Assembly (NCBI GenBank): GCA_963758915.1
Contig: CAVWXH010000003.1
Location: 352,001-416,000 of the forward strand
DNA: 64,000 nt
Origin: an uncultured Methanomicrobiales archaeon
Lineage (GTDB): Archaea > Halobacteriota > Methanomicrobia > Methanomicrobiales > Methanospirillaceae
Direction of reading: 5' to 3'
The notes under the pieces are model-generated. The model had not been told where the DNA came from, ran no database searches, and saw only the letters and a list, made by a program, of their open reading frames with translations. This document shows, in pieces, positions 21,135 to 30,664 of the stretch (position 1 is its first letter; each line of letters opens with the position of its first letter). Position numbers and translations under genes: made by a program.

Positions 21135-22709
21135 TTATTCAGGCCGGTTGGTGATGGTAAATACGCAATGTTCATCACCTTTGGACCGGCACTTGATCTC
21201 TTTGCCCTGGACCTTTATCCCGAATGAGCCCTCAATGATCCCTGTAAGCAGGCCGGCCGTACAGAAACAGACATTCTTTCCTATGTTCCCGAAGGACTCG
21301 GACTCGACGGTGTGGGAGAGCGTGATGGTCTTCGTCTTGGTCTTCTCGTCCCATTCTTCCTTGACGAAATTGAACCAGCCCATCTGGGAGTAGAAGGCAA
21401 ATGCCATGTCGCTCATGGTCTTGGGATTGATCTTTTTAAGTTTCTCTTCCATTAACGGACCGTATACAATGTCTTCAGAAATTCCGACAAACAGGATACC
21501 GATGATCTCTCCTGCAGAATTCCTGATTGGCTCATACGCCACGACCATCTTTTTACCAACCACATCTGCAGTACCGTAATAGGTCTGCCCTTTTTTGATC
21601 ACGGCATCATAGACAACACTTGAAATCTCGGTTCCGACAGCCCGCTTGCCATCAGCGCCAATAACGTTGGTAGATACACGGATTGCCTTATCACCGATTT
21701 TCTGAAAGACGGTGGCCTTGCTGCCCATGTCCTTTTCAACGGAATCAACAACCTCGAAGTTATCGTTGACGATATGGCTGCCAAAAGCAATCTTGCCTCC
21801 GGAAACTGAAGGAGCCCCGTATGCTGTCAAACGGCTGTGCAGCAGGGTGAGATCCTTGTCAAGCTTGGTCCTGGAGAGGTCAAACGAGACACTCATCTTC
21901 TTGTAGTGCTCGACGTTTTCCTTGCCCATGTCCTTGTATGCACGGTAGTTGACACCGCTTGCCGGCGCCTCTCCCATGGTCTTCTTCAACGAATTGGTCA
22001 TGGACGTGAAGATGAAGCTGGGCATCATGACAACCGGTTCATCAATGAGGGAGATCTTGCCCTCAAGGGGTTTGTGCTCGATGAACTCGGTGATGGCGGA
22101 CTCGCCCTTGACCACGGCCTCTGCCTTGAACTTCCAGCTCGCAGAGACCTGGTCGGCAACAAACTCGCAGTATTCGTCGCCTTTCGCATGGCAGGTCTTC
22201 TCGAGACAATACCATGACTTCCCGGTTACTGACGTGAGGACTCCTTCGATCCAGCCCTGGTGTATACCGCAGACAGGCATGTTCCAGTCCTTGAGCACCT
22301 GGGACTCGAAGGTATGCTTGGTCCTGATGACGATCCGCTTCTCACTGGCAGAGACCAGCTCGAACGGGGCACCCCATCCCTGCTGGTGCTGGAGCTTGAA
22401 GACCAGCATCAGGAACTCTTCGGGTTTTAAGTCCATGCCAAGTTTTTTTAACAGGTTATTGAGCCCGACGGAACCCGCCCCGACCGAACGGAATAGCTTG
22501 CGGACTGCCTTGACCGCAAGTTTCTTGTTGAGGTTCGCCTCGTACATCTCGTAAATGGCTTTGACCAGGTAATTGGGGTTGCTGGCGGTTTTTACCCCGA
22601 AAACTGAATATGATCCCGCAAGAGGGTCAAGGTCGATATACGAGGATATCGTCTTCTCGCCTTTGATCAATGCCTCAAAATCTTCACGGCCAATCTTCTT
22701 TGACTCCAT
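21135..22709 (-). CDS. Tandem V4R-domain protein with inserted Cache_3/Cache_2-type sensor domain
   Basis: V4R motifs PVCGIHQGWIEG..EKTCHAKGDEYCEF and VCFCTAGLLTG..EIKCRSKGDEHCVF; Cache motif ATVFQ..RVSTNV..GKRAVGT..YYGTADVVG..AYEPI..IIGILFVG. Confidence 0.88.
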   Translation of the reverse strand: MESKKIGREDFEALIKGEKTISSYIDLDPLAGSYSVFGVKTASNPNYLVKAIYEMYEANLNKKLAVKAVRKLFRSVGAGSVGLNNLLKKLGMDLKPEEFLMLVFKLQHQQGWGAPFELVSASEKRIVIRTKHTFESQVLKDWNMPVCGIHQGWIEGVLTSVTGKSWYCLEKTCHAKGDEYCEFVADQVSASWKFKAEAVVKGESAITEFIEHKPLEGKISLIDEPVVMMPSFIFTSMTNSLKKTMGEAPASGVNYRAYKDMGKENVEHYKKMSVSFDLSRTKLDKDLTLLHSRLTAYGAPSVSGGKIAFGSHIVNDNFEVVDSVEKDMGSKATVFQKIGDKAIRVSTNVIGADGKRAVGTEISSVVYDAVIKKGQTYYGTADVVGKKMVVAYEPIRNSAGEIIGILFVGISEDIVYGPLMEEKLKKINPKTMSDMAFAFYSQMGWFNFVKEEWDEKTKTKTITLSHTVESESFGNIGKNVCFCTAGLLTGIIEGSFGIKVQGKEIKCRSKGDEHCVFTITNRPE

Positions 22710-22891
22710 ACGATCACTTACATTTTTTCTATATATGGTGAATTATATAAATAAGAGCCCGGAAATTTCAGATGAAGATTGCGAACCGGCAGGCTGGATT
22801 ACAGTTTGTACCTGTTTCTTAAGAGGCGGAGGACCGCCTGACAAAAATCCGGGGTTATTCAGGAACCGGCTCATTCAACAATGAGGACAGT

Positions 22892-23239
22892 TCAGAGTGC
22901 CGCAATAAGCCGTTCCCTGTTCTTCTTCAGGTTGTATCGTATAAGCCCGCTGCTTTCCAGTTTATCGGCAATGATGGTGACAAATTCGTTATCAGTCAGG
23001 GGCGCGATAATGATAAAGCCTTTCAGGAGTTCCATATGCATCTGGAGCAGTTTTCCCCGCGCAAGTTCCGTCCCCATTGCCTCCGATGAGCCCATGCCGG
23101 TGGATGCCATTGCACCTACCGTATCGAGATCGATGTTCCCTGACTTGACCCCTTCAATGAGAAAACCGTCCCGCCCCACAACGGCAGCTCCCGACACACC
23201 TTCGATTGCAAGGAACTCTTCAAGTATCGATTTCAGCAT
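22892..23239 (-). CDS. Roadblock/LC7 (MglB-like) protein
   Basis: IEGVSGAAVVGRDGFLIE, GAMAS, GLIRYNL. Confidence 0.92.
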   Translation of the reverse strand: MLKSILEEFLAIEGVSGAAVVGRDGFLIEGVKSGNIDLDTVGAMASTGMGSSEAMGTELARGKLLQMHMELLKGFIIIAPLTDNEFVTIIADKLESSGLIRYNLKKNRERLIAAL

Positions 23240-23401
23240 AATAAATCTAGTAATATTATTAGTATTTTAATTTTCCCTGAAATATTTTATTAACAAAGAT
23301 TTCTATCCGGTGAAGAGATCAATTGTTTCCTGGTTTTTCGGATGTCACACTGAATTTGTGTCAGGGTAGTTCCCCAGACCCGATGCATAGCCCCACCCCC
23401 G

Positions 23402-23620
23402 TTATTCCCGTATTCCCAGCAATTCGTCGATAACTGACAGGGTTACGGCTTCAGAGAGGGAAACAAACCACGCCTGTTTATTTTCCATGATAACCAGCCC
23501 GACCGGATCCCTGGCGACCATACCGCCATGATCGGATACCAGGGTCATATCACGAATTACCGGGACAATAGTCCGTTCCCCGCAATCTACCGGGTCAGAA
23601 AACCGGATGGCTGCCTTCAT
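23402..23620 (-). CDS. Small YtfJ-like partial-domain protein
   Basis: DPVDCGERTIVPV..PVGLVI; overlaps the upstream gene by 4 nt. Confidence 0.7.
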   Translation of the reverse strand: MKAAIRFSDPVDCGERTIVPVIRDMTLVSDHGGMVARDPVGLVIMENKQAWFVSLSEAVTLSVIDELLGIRE

Positions 23621-24285
23621 GCGGCCACGTCTCCGGGTTTCTTTCTCATCGTTTTCATTACCCTCCGGGCTGAAGGGTGTTTTGCGATCTTCACCGCATT
23701 CACGAGTACCAGGAACGGGCAGGTGATACGGAACCGGGCAGATATATCAATCTCACAGACCTCCCCGTTGAATTCGGGCACCATGGTGAACTTGATCCGG
23801 TCCCAGGGCAACAACGGTATCAGGGCCCGGTACAGGCCATACACCATCCCGGTTGCACTCGGGTCGCCAAGCCCGATCCGTGCAGCCCCCCTGATATAAT
23901 CAAGCCGGGTATGCCTGACAAGGTCAAGAAACGCCTCGAATACCGGCCCCTGAAGCTCGAGCAGGGATGAAATAATTCCGGGACCCTGTCCCGGACCGGG
24001 ACCACCTCCGGTGGGTTCTTTTTCCGGGCCCATGAAGGAGGAGAGGGGCCGTGTAACCAGCCTCACACCGCCAACCACCACGGACACCTGCGGGTCTTTG
24101 CCCGAAACCAGCATTTCAAGCCCGAAAATAAACCATGATCCCACGATAATCCCCTTTATTTCCGATTCAGGGGTCTGGAATGACAGCGAGACCCGGAAGG
24201 GGAGGAGGAGAACAAGGACCTCTATGAGCAGCAGGGCAATAATAATGCCGGACACCAGCAGTATCGCCGGGATGGGGTCACTCAT
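23617..24285 (-). CDS. DUF2953 (YtfI-like) membrane protein
   Basis: N-terminal TM; IGLGDPSATGMVYG; PEF motif. Confidence 0.82.
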   Translation of the reverse strand: MSDPIPAILLVSGIIIALLLIEVLVLLLPFRVSLSFQTPESEIKGIIVGSWFIFGLEMLVSGKDPQVSVVVGGVRLVTRPLSSFMGPEKEPTGGGPGPGQGPGIISSLLELQGPVFEAFLDLVRHTRLDYIRGAARIGLGDPSATGMVYGLYRALIPLLPWDRIKFTMVPEFNGEVCEIDISARFRITCPFLVLVNAVKIAKHPSARRVMKTMRKKPGDVAA

Positions 24286-24301
24286 GGTGAAAAACCAGGG
24301 A

Positions 24302-24679
24302 CTACTCTGGTTTCCCGGTCTCTTTCTTATCCATCTGCCTGATCGCCTCGATTATCTGGGGGGCGACCTTGTCGCTCAGGGCATTGATGACCTGGACGAG
24401 CGTGGACTCTTTCCGGAGACTCATGACCTGGATGCCGGTCGGTCCTTTCACGTCTTTATAGAGGATGATCAGGGCAACAGGCTCGATACCTGCCCCACCG
24501 CCGCTTCCCCTGCCGCCTTCCGCTCCGCCGCCACCTCCGGCGCCAAACCCGAACCCGAACCGTGTTACGGGGATGACCAGTGTTTCACCGAGGTCAACGG
24601 GTTTTCCAATCACATTGTCCGGCTGGAGGGATTCGCGTAACTCCTCAGCCGTGCTTTTTAACATTTCTTCCGGGGACAT
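24302..24679 (-). CDS. GerW/YtfJ family protein
   Basis: NVIGKPVDLGETLVIPVTRFGFGFGAGGGGG..GGGAGIEPVA. Confidence 0.9.
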   Translation of the reverse strand: MSPEEMLKSTAEELRESLQPDNVIGKPVDLGETLVIPVTRFGFGFGAGGGGGAEGGRGSGGGAGIEPVALIILYKDVKGPTGIQVMSLRKESTLVQVINALSDKVAPQIIEAIRQMDKKETGKPE

Positions 24680-24885
24680 TTTGTTTTTCAACTCCTCGCG
24701 GGGTTACGCATCCATACGATGATATGATTAATGTAGTTATCGTGGGTTATATCCAGGGTTGCGAATGAGGGTACCCGGTCCTGGAAGGGAAGATAATCTG
24801 CGGGTTATTGCTGCCAGCCGGTATGAAACGTATATATGGTACCCCATGACAGTTTCTTAACAGACCATTTTTCCAGGAAAGGGAG

Positions 24886-25245
24886 TTGATAATCACCGTG
24901 AATGACGAGAAACAATTCAAGGTAGACAAAGCCGCAATCAATGCTGCAAATTCTTCTGCACATACCCTGTCAAAAGATGCAGGTGTGAAGGGGCAGAAGG
25001 CCGCCGCTGATGAAACAACCGGGGCCCGTACACCTGCTCCGAAGACCCTGGCGGGCGTTCCCTGCCCCAGGTGCGGAAAGATAACCCTTCGTGCAGAATT
25101 CCCGGACCAGTATGAAACATGGATCAAATGTTCGTCATGTAGTTTTTTCCTGGGGATGAGTCACGATGACTGGCACCGCATGGAGAACAGTCCCAATATC
25201 AGTGAAAAAATTAAAAAAATGGCGGTAACGAAGGGAATATTGTAA
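24886..25245 (+). CDS. Small zinc-ribbon protein
   Basis: CPRCG...CSSCS. Confidence 0.7.
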   Translation: MIITVNDEKQFKVDKAAINAANSSAHTLSKDAGVKGQKAAADETTGARTPAPKTLAGVPCPRCGKITLRAEFPDQYETWIKCSSCSFFLGMSHDDWHRMENSPNISEKIKKMAVTKGIL

Positions 25246-25433
25246 GGGCGGGGATGGTCTGCCAGGGTTTTAGTCTTTTTTGGTGCCTCTCTCCGGCCAC
25301 CAGTACCGATTAATACTACCCTGGATGAGGAATTCCAGGACCTCTCCTTTATCACCGGCCCCGGTGCCGGGAACGGGTAAAAAATGGTTTTATCCGTCCC
25401 TCCTGGACTTTTTTTCCCGGTCGGTGCATGCCA

Positions 25434-25883
25434 TCACGATTTCGTAAAGGACGGCTCCCTGGTCCGGGTCGCGACCGGCTGATCGATGATTTTGTACCGG
25501 TTCCCGTTGAAATAATTGACATATACGACTACGGCATCAGTCCCCTTCGTCCCCTGGAATGTCACCACCTCACCCTTGACCGGCTTTAATATCTTAGTAA
25601 CCTTCGTCCCGTCAGACCCGGTAACTATCACCTCAGCATTCTTAACCTGGACCTGTCCGTTCCCTCCGGCAAATGTTACATCCAGGGTATTGTAGATAGG
25701 GTCCTTTTCCGCGACACTGACCGTAACCGCATTTTCCACGGGGATTACATCAGTCGGGGCCGTTGTTACGGAGTTCACGGGCACGGGGTTTGTCGTGCCT
25801 GCCGGCTGTGCAGGGAGACTGTTACATCCCGCAGAAAGCACAAAAACACCGACCAGGAGGATTGCTAAAAGCACGCTTTTCAT
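25434..25883 (-). CDS. Hypothetical lipoprotein
   Basis: Lipobox LSAGC; EKDPI..DVTFAGGNGQ. Confidence 0.8.
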   Translation of the reverse strand: MKSVLLAILLVGVFVLSAGCNSLPAQPAGTTNPVPVNSVTTAPTDVIPVENAVTVSVAEKDPIYNTLDVTFAGGNGQVQVKNAEVIVTGSDGTKVTKILKPVKGEVVTFQGTKGTDAVVVYVNYFNGNRYKIIDQPVATRTREPSFTKS

Positions 25884-26262
25884 GAGACAACATACACACG
25901 GTCTTCACTATTAATGTTCGGGATGGGCCACCATGGATCTGAAAGCACGGTAATCCATGATCCGTCAGCGGTTTTCCATGATCAGGTGGGAGCGGAACAT
26001 GAAGAGAAGTTCGCTATGCAAAAACATACATGAACGGGAAGTTAAAACCCGGACGATTGAAAATGCCTCTAAAATCTCAATGTTTTAGGATCCGTTCAGG
26101 CAGGTTCCTGGGAAACCTGCATCGGTAACAAAGGGCTCTTCGCTATTATGAGTGGGCACCTGTGAGAGTGTAAAAAAATGAATTGATGGGGCTCCGCCCC
26201 AAACCCGGATTAAGAGAGTTCCGCCACCCCCTCCCTGCCGGACACCGGCTTTTTGCGGGCAG

Positions 26263-26853
26263 TTATGCTACCTTGATCTCTTTTTCAAATTCATGAAGTG
26301 TTACCGCGACATCCCCCTTGCAGAGAGATATTGTAGCCGAAACCAGGATCGTCCCTGTAACGTTCTGCACCCGTTTCTCTTTGAATTGTAGTACCGCCTT
26401 GTTCAGGGTCATCGATCCTTCGACCTTGAAGTATTGTTTCATATGGCAGATATCAACAGGACCGGCCCGGAGAATGAAATCCAGATATGGGTAAAACGTC
26501 GGGAACGATATGCAGGGAAAATTGTCGCCGGGGGTGATTGAAAGTTCCTTCCTGTTGTTATCAGCCGCCTCACGACATGGTTCCACCTGGTTGATTCTGT
26601 CTAGGGAACACGTGATCACCCCGTCTGTCAGGAATTTCGGAAGGACCTCGACGATCTTCCGGGTCAGGAGGTCCCATCCATCATCTTCTGTCTTGTGGGA
26701 TTTTTCTGCATACCTCTGGAGTAGTTCAGAAAATTCATCTCTTTCGTCCAGGAATTCCCTGCTTTCCACCATCTGTTTAATTTCTTTTGCGAAGTCGTCC
26801 TGTGCCTTCTCTTCTGCCTTCGTTACAACCAAAATGTCACTCCTCCTTGTCAT
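26263..26853 (-). CDS. Hypothetical cytoplasmic protein
   Basis: 196-aa ORF overlapping the upstream PKD gene, suggesting translational coupling. Confidence 0.7.
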   Translation of the reverse strand: MTRRSDILVVTKAEEKAQDDFAKEIKQMVESREFLDERDEFSELLQRYAEKSHKTEDDGWDLLTRKIVEVLPKFLTDGVITCSLDRINQVEPCREAADNNRKELSITPGDNFPCISFPTFYPYLDFILRAGPVDICHMKQYFKVEGSMTLNKAVLQFKEKRVQNVTGTILVSATISLCKGDVAVTLHEFEKEIKVA

Positions 26854-28258
26854 GATGTTGTATCCCGGACTCGACGTCCACGTGGATATCAGGATTATTC
26901 AATTCGAGACCCCGTGGACTGATCCCCCCGCGTGCAATAATGGTGACATCAGGTGGCAGGGGGTCCTTATCTCCCATGGGATCAGGCGTTTTCGGGGGGT
27001 CCGGGGTCGGGTATCGTCGTCGTGGCCGGTGCATACGGATGTACCATATCACCAGAATCACGATGATGATGATGATAAAACTATCAATCCAGAGACAGGG
27101 AATTGTGAATAGTACGCAGGGACTGTCGCAGTTCAGGCATTCCGGGACAGTGGTCACGGGGACTGCGGTAAGGGTTGTGGCTGGCTGGACGGGGGTACCC
27201 GGTACTGTCTGAGTCTGGCTGATTGTAGTTCCGGTCACGGGGTTCGTTATCGTCTGAAACGGCAGGACCGTTACCTGTTTTTCCTTTGAAGACGTGCCAT
27301 AATCATTCGATATCACCAGTTTGATCGTGTAGTTGCCGGGTTTTGTGAATATGCTCCGGGAGTAGGTCCGCAGCTCGGAGACCAGGGTATTGTCCACGTA
27401 CCAGGCCCATGTCAAGGGTGAGCCGGTTGACTTGTCTGTTACTGAAACGGCGAAGGGATGGTTCTCATATGCCTGACCGCTTACCGGGGCTATCGAAAAG
27501 TCTGCGACCGGGGGGACGGGGGCCACAACGATAACATCATTGCGAGTCCATTCGATCTGTTCGCGGTTATCCATCACCATCAGGCCTACCGCGTACACAC
27601 CTGCCGAACGGTAGGTATGGGTGGGAAGGGCGTCCGCCGGTGAACCCGAAACATTGGTCAGGGGTGTACCGTCCCCGAAATCCCATTGCCAGGTGAGTAT
27701 TTTCCCGTCCTGAACGGTGGACCCCGATCCATCGAACGCCACGGGGCGGCCCACGACTGCCGGTTGGGGCGACCATATGAACATGGGCTGCGGGGGATTT
27801 CTGGTAGCGATTACCGAAACAACCGTGAATTGTCCTTCACCGGTTACGGCATTGTTGGTGGACGAGGCAAGAATACGATAGTTACCCGGCTGGAATGTGG
27901 AGAGATCAACATCAAAACTGAGCAGGTTGTGTTTACGGTCCTGCCCGGAATACACGGTTACGGCCCCTGTTGCACCACTGAATTCCCCGGTCGGGCTTTT
28001 CCGGGTAGGAGTAACAGCTGTGGAAAGCACCTCGAACAGCACCGGACTGCCCACAGGAAGATCAGTCGTTGCGGTGATGGTAATTTTTTCACCGGACTGC
28101 CTGGTACCGACAGGATGAATCTGGATATAACTTCCCTGCAGAACGGGTACGGAAGCGTTTTCCCTGTACAGGTTATTTGCGCAAACAGGTGCTATGAACA
28201 GAACCAGTAGCACTACGATCAGCAGTGAACGCCAGGTAACCCGGGGGCCTGGAATCAA
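26837..28258 (-). CDS. Type I membrane protein: S-layer-type Ig domain, 2x PKD, Thr-rich linker, TM, cytoplasmic tail
   Basis: Signal peptide; WQWDFGDG; TM FIIIIIVILVIWY followed by RMHRPRRR. Confidence 0.85.
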   Translation of the reverse strand: MIPGPRVTWRSLLIVVLLVLFIAPVCANNLYRENASVPVLQGSYIQIHPVGTRQSGEKITITATTDLPVGSPVLFEVLSTAVTPTRKSPTGEFSGATGAVTVYSGQDRKHNLLSFDVDLSTFQPGNYRILASSTNNAVTGEGQFTVVSVIATRNPPQPMFIWSPQPAVVGRPVAFDGSGSTVQDGKILTWQWDFGDGTPLTNVSGSPADALPTHTYRSAGVYAVGLMVMDNREQIEWTRNDVIVVAPVPPVADFSIAPVSGQAYENHPFAVSVTDKSTGSPLTWAWYVDNTLVSELRTYSRSIFTKPGNYTIKLVISNDYGTSSKEKQVTVLPFQTITNPVTGTTISQTQTVPGTPVQPATTLTAVPVTTVPECLNCDSPCVLFTIPCLWIDSFIIIIIVILVIWYIRMHRPRRRYPTPDPPKTPDPMGDKDPLPPDVTIIARGGISPRGLELNNPDIHVDVESGIQHHDKEE

Positions 28259-28707
28259 GATGAAACCCCTGGCCCGGGATCTTCTGTTAGCATGGGATAA
28301 ATTTGAAATGGGCTGACGAGATGATTAATCTTCCTGATTGAACGGCATTTAACGGGACTAGTCCGGTCCTGAGAGTGTTATCATATCGTATTGGCAGCCG
28401 GGTTACATTCGTTGCACATAACCACCGGAACAGGTCCATTTCCGCTACATGGATACGCATTGGTGCTCCACAGACGTGACACCGTACCGGTACTACCCTC
28501 AATATATTACCTGGTTCCATTCCATTATCACGCTGTTCGTATTCATGGCCATGCCAGGGATATATTCCCTTCAATCGTCAGGCAGTGCTTTTTTGATTCC
28601 TTCCGGTTCAGGAACCGTCTTTCTTTATACCGGTCCCCTGGCAGGTAACAATGTGCTGAACAGGTTATTCATAAATACCTGTATCTCAAAGATATGACAG
28701 TAGAACC

Positions 28708-29889
28708 ATGAAAGGACGACCGTTACCACTCGCTTTTCTTACCGGTCTCCTCCTGATTATCGCCCTGCTGTTCTTACTGCTGTATTCCGGCCCCCGTAAT
28801 ACCAGTCAGCCCGGGTCAGAGGGAGAGGTTTATCTCCTGTACGCTTCCTCGGGGTCAATGGTCCAGTTGCTAAACGCCGGCCAGATTGATGCATTTATCG
28901 TATGGGAGCCGATCGTTTCAACCGCCACCCTTACCGGGACGGGAAAGATGATCGCGACCCCCGGGTGGATGCCTCCGCCAGGCGAGTGGGGAGATACCGC
29001 CTGCTGTGTTCTTGTCCTCAGGAATGACATGATCTCGAAGAATCCGGATGTATCAGCCCTTCTTTCCGGCCTGACGACCGCTGCGGTTGAGAGAGTGAAC
29101 GAAAACCAGTCCCTGGCGGAAAATATTACGGCTGACTGGGTATTTGGCAGTAAGCCCCTCCTTACCGCGTCCGGAACACTTGAACCGATCTCCGTCGAGC
29201 AGCAGGCCTTTACCAATATCAACTTCACCAGCCAGTCGGTCCCACCTGATATGAATGAGATCGGACTACCAGGCGAAGATACCGGCACAACACCCCGGAT
29301 GGACAGAACGGTCGTCGGGCGGGGGAAACAGTTCCTGAATGGGACGCTGCCCCTGCCGGAGCCCGGTGGCACTATCCAGGTGAACCTGGGTTACCTTCCA
29401 TCTTCAGACCACACGGCACCCCTGTATGTCATGGTAAAAGACTCAGACTACTTCCGCGAACGTTATGGGTTCTACCTGGCCCCGGATAACCCCGCACAAA
29501 CGCGTCCGGAACACTGTACCCTGTACGTGAATGACACGCCTTTCGCAAACGTCAACCTCATTCCCGGCCAGTCCGGGGGAGGGATTATGACCACTATCGG
29601 GCAGGGTGCACTTGATGGAGCCTATATCGGGTCTGTCCCGATAGAGCTCCAGGTTGGCCTCGGGAACCCCTCAACAATGGTCCAGTCGATCAATTCCGGC
29701 GGGACCGGGCTCGTGGTCGGGACCGGGGCACCTTGTTCCGACTGGGTGACCTTTACTGAATGGGCTGAGGCCCGTTCAGCTGAAGGAAAGCCACTTGTCA
29801 TCGCCACCGTGCAGAGCTCGATCCAGGAGAGTATCATCCGGAGTGCCCTGGCATATGACAATATAACGGTGATAATGTATGGTACGTAA
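28708..29889 (+). CDS. NitT/TauT-family ABC substrate-binding protein (apparently circularly permuted)
   Basis: GQIDAFIVWEP, CCVLV, LGYLPSSDH, DGAYIGSVP, SIQE. Confidence 0.85.
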   Translation: MKGRPLPLAFLTGLLLIIALLFLLLYSGPRNTSQPGSEGEVYLLYASSGSMVQLLNAGQIDAFIVWEPIVSTATLTGTGKMIATPGWMPPPGEWGDTACCVLVLRNDMISKNPDVSALLSGLTTAAVERVNENQSLAENITADWVFGSKPLLTASGTLEPISVEQQAFTNINFTSQSVPPDMNEIGLPGEDTGTTPRMDRTVVGRGKQFLNGTLPLPEPGGTIQVNLGYLPSSDHTAPLYVMVKDSDYFRERYGFYLAPDNPAQTRPEHCTLYVNDTPFANVNLIPGQSGGGIMTTIGQGALDGAYIGSVPIELQVGLGNPSTMVQSINSGGTGLVVGTGAPCSDWVTFTEWAEARSAEGKPLVIATVQSSIQESIIRSALAYDNITVIMYGT

Positions 29890-30664
29890 CAACAAACAGA
29901 CCGTTTCTGACATGGCAAAAGGACTGGCAGTTATTATCCTTTTCCTCGTTATCTGGGAAATTGCGGCGATTATTATCAACAATAATTATATTCTTCCAAG
30001 GCTTGGCGATATTCTGCTGGTCCTGGTCCACCCGCTGGCATCCGTCCTTGGTGGGGCCTCACTGGCACAGAATGCGGCCGTAAGCCTCAGGGAAGTACTT
30101 ACCGGGTTTTTTTGTGCGGTCGCCATCGCAGTCCCCCTCGGGCTCCTGATCGGGACTTCAAAAGAGGTTGATTCCTATTTGAACGCCTTTATCCAGATGA
30201 TCCGCCCTGTTCCGCCCATTGCCTGGATGCCGTTTGCGATCGCATGGTTCGGGCTGGGGTTCACCTCAATTATTTTCATTATTTTCATGGGTGCATTCTT
30301 CCCGGTCCTGATCAACACGATAGACGGGGTGCACGGGGTCAGAACGCAGTGGACCGATGTGGCCCGGATGTTCCGGGCGACCTCGTTTGAAAAAGTCCGG
30401 ACCGTGATAGTCCCGGGTGCAATGCCCGTCATCTGGACAGGACTCCGTGTAGCATTTGCCGTTGCCTGGATGTGCGTCGTTGCGGCCGAGATGTTACCGG
30501 GGACGAGTGCGGGGCTTGGGTTTATGATCATGTATGCCTATAACCTGGGCCAGCTCCAGGTGATCGGTGCCGGGATGGTCGTTATCGGCATCATCGGTCT
30601 TGGTGCCGATCTTCTCTTCCGTGCCGGACAGGCCAGGTTCTTTCACTGGCAGGGGAGGGGATGA
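29879..30664 (+). CDS. NitT/TauT ABC permease
   Basis: RPVPPIAWMPFAIAWFG; WMCVVAAEML. Confidence 0.93.
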   Translation: MVRNNKQTVSDMAKGLAVIILFLVIWEIAAIIINNNYILPRLGDILLVLVHPLASVLGGASLAQNAAVSLREVLTGFFCAVAIAVPLGLLIGTSKEVDSYLNAFIQMIRPVPPIAWMPFAIAWFGLGFTSIIFIIFMGAFFPVLINTIDGVHGVRTQWTDVARMFRATSFEKVRTVIVPGAMPVIWTGLRVAFAVAWMCVVAAEMLPGTSAGLGFMIMYAYNLGQLQVIGAGMVVIGIIGLGADLLFRAGQARFFHWQGRG

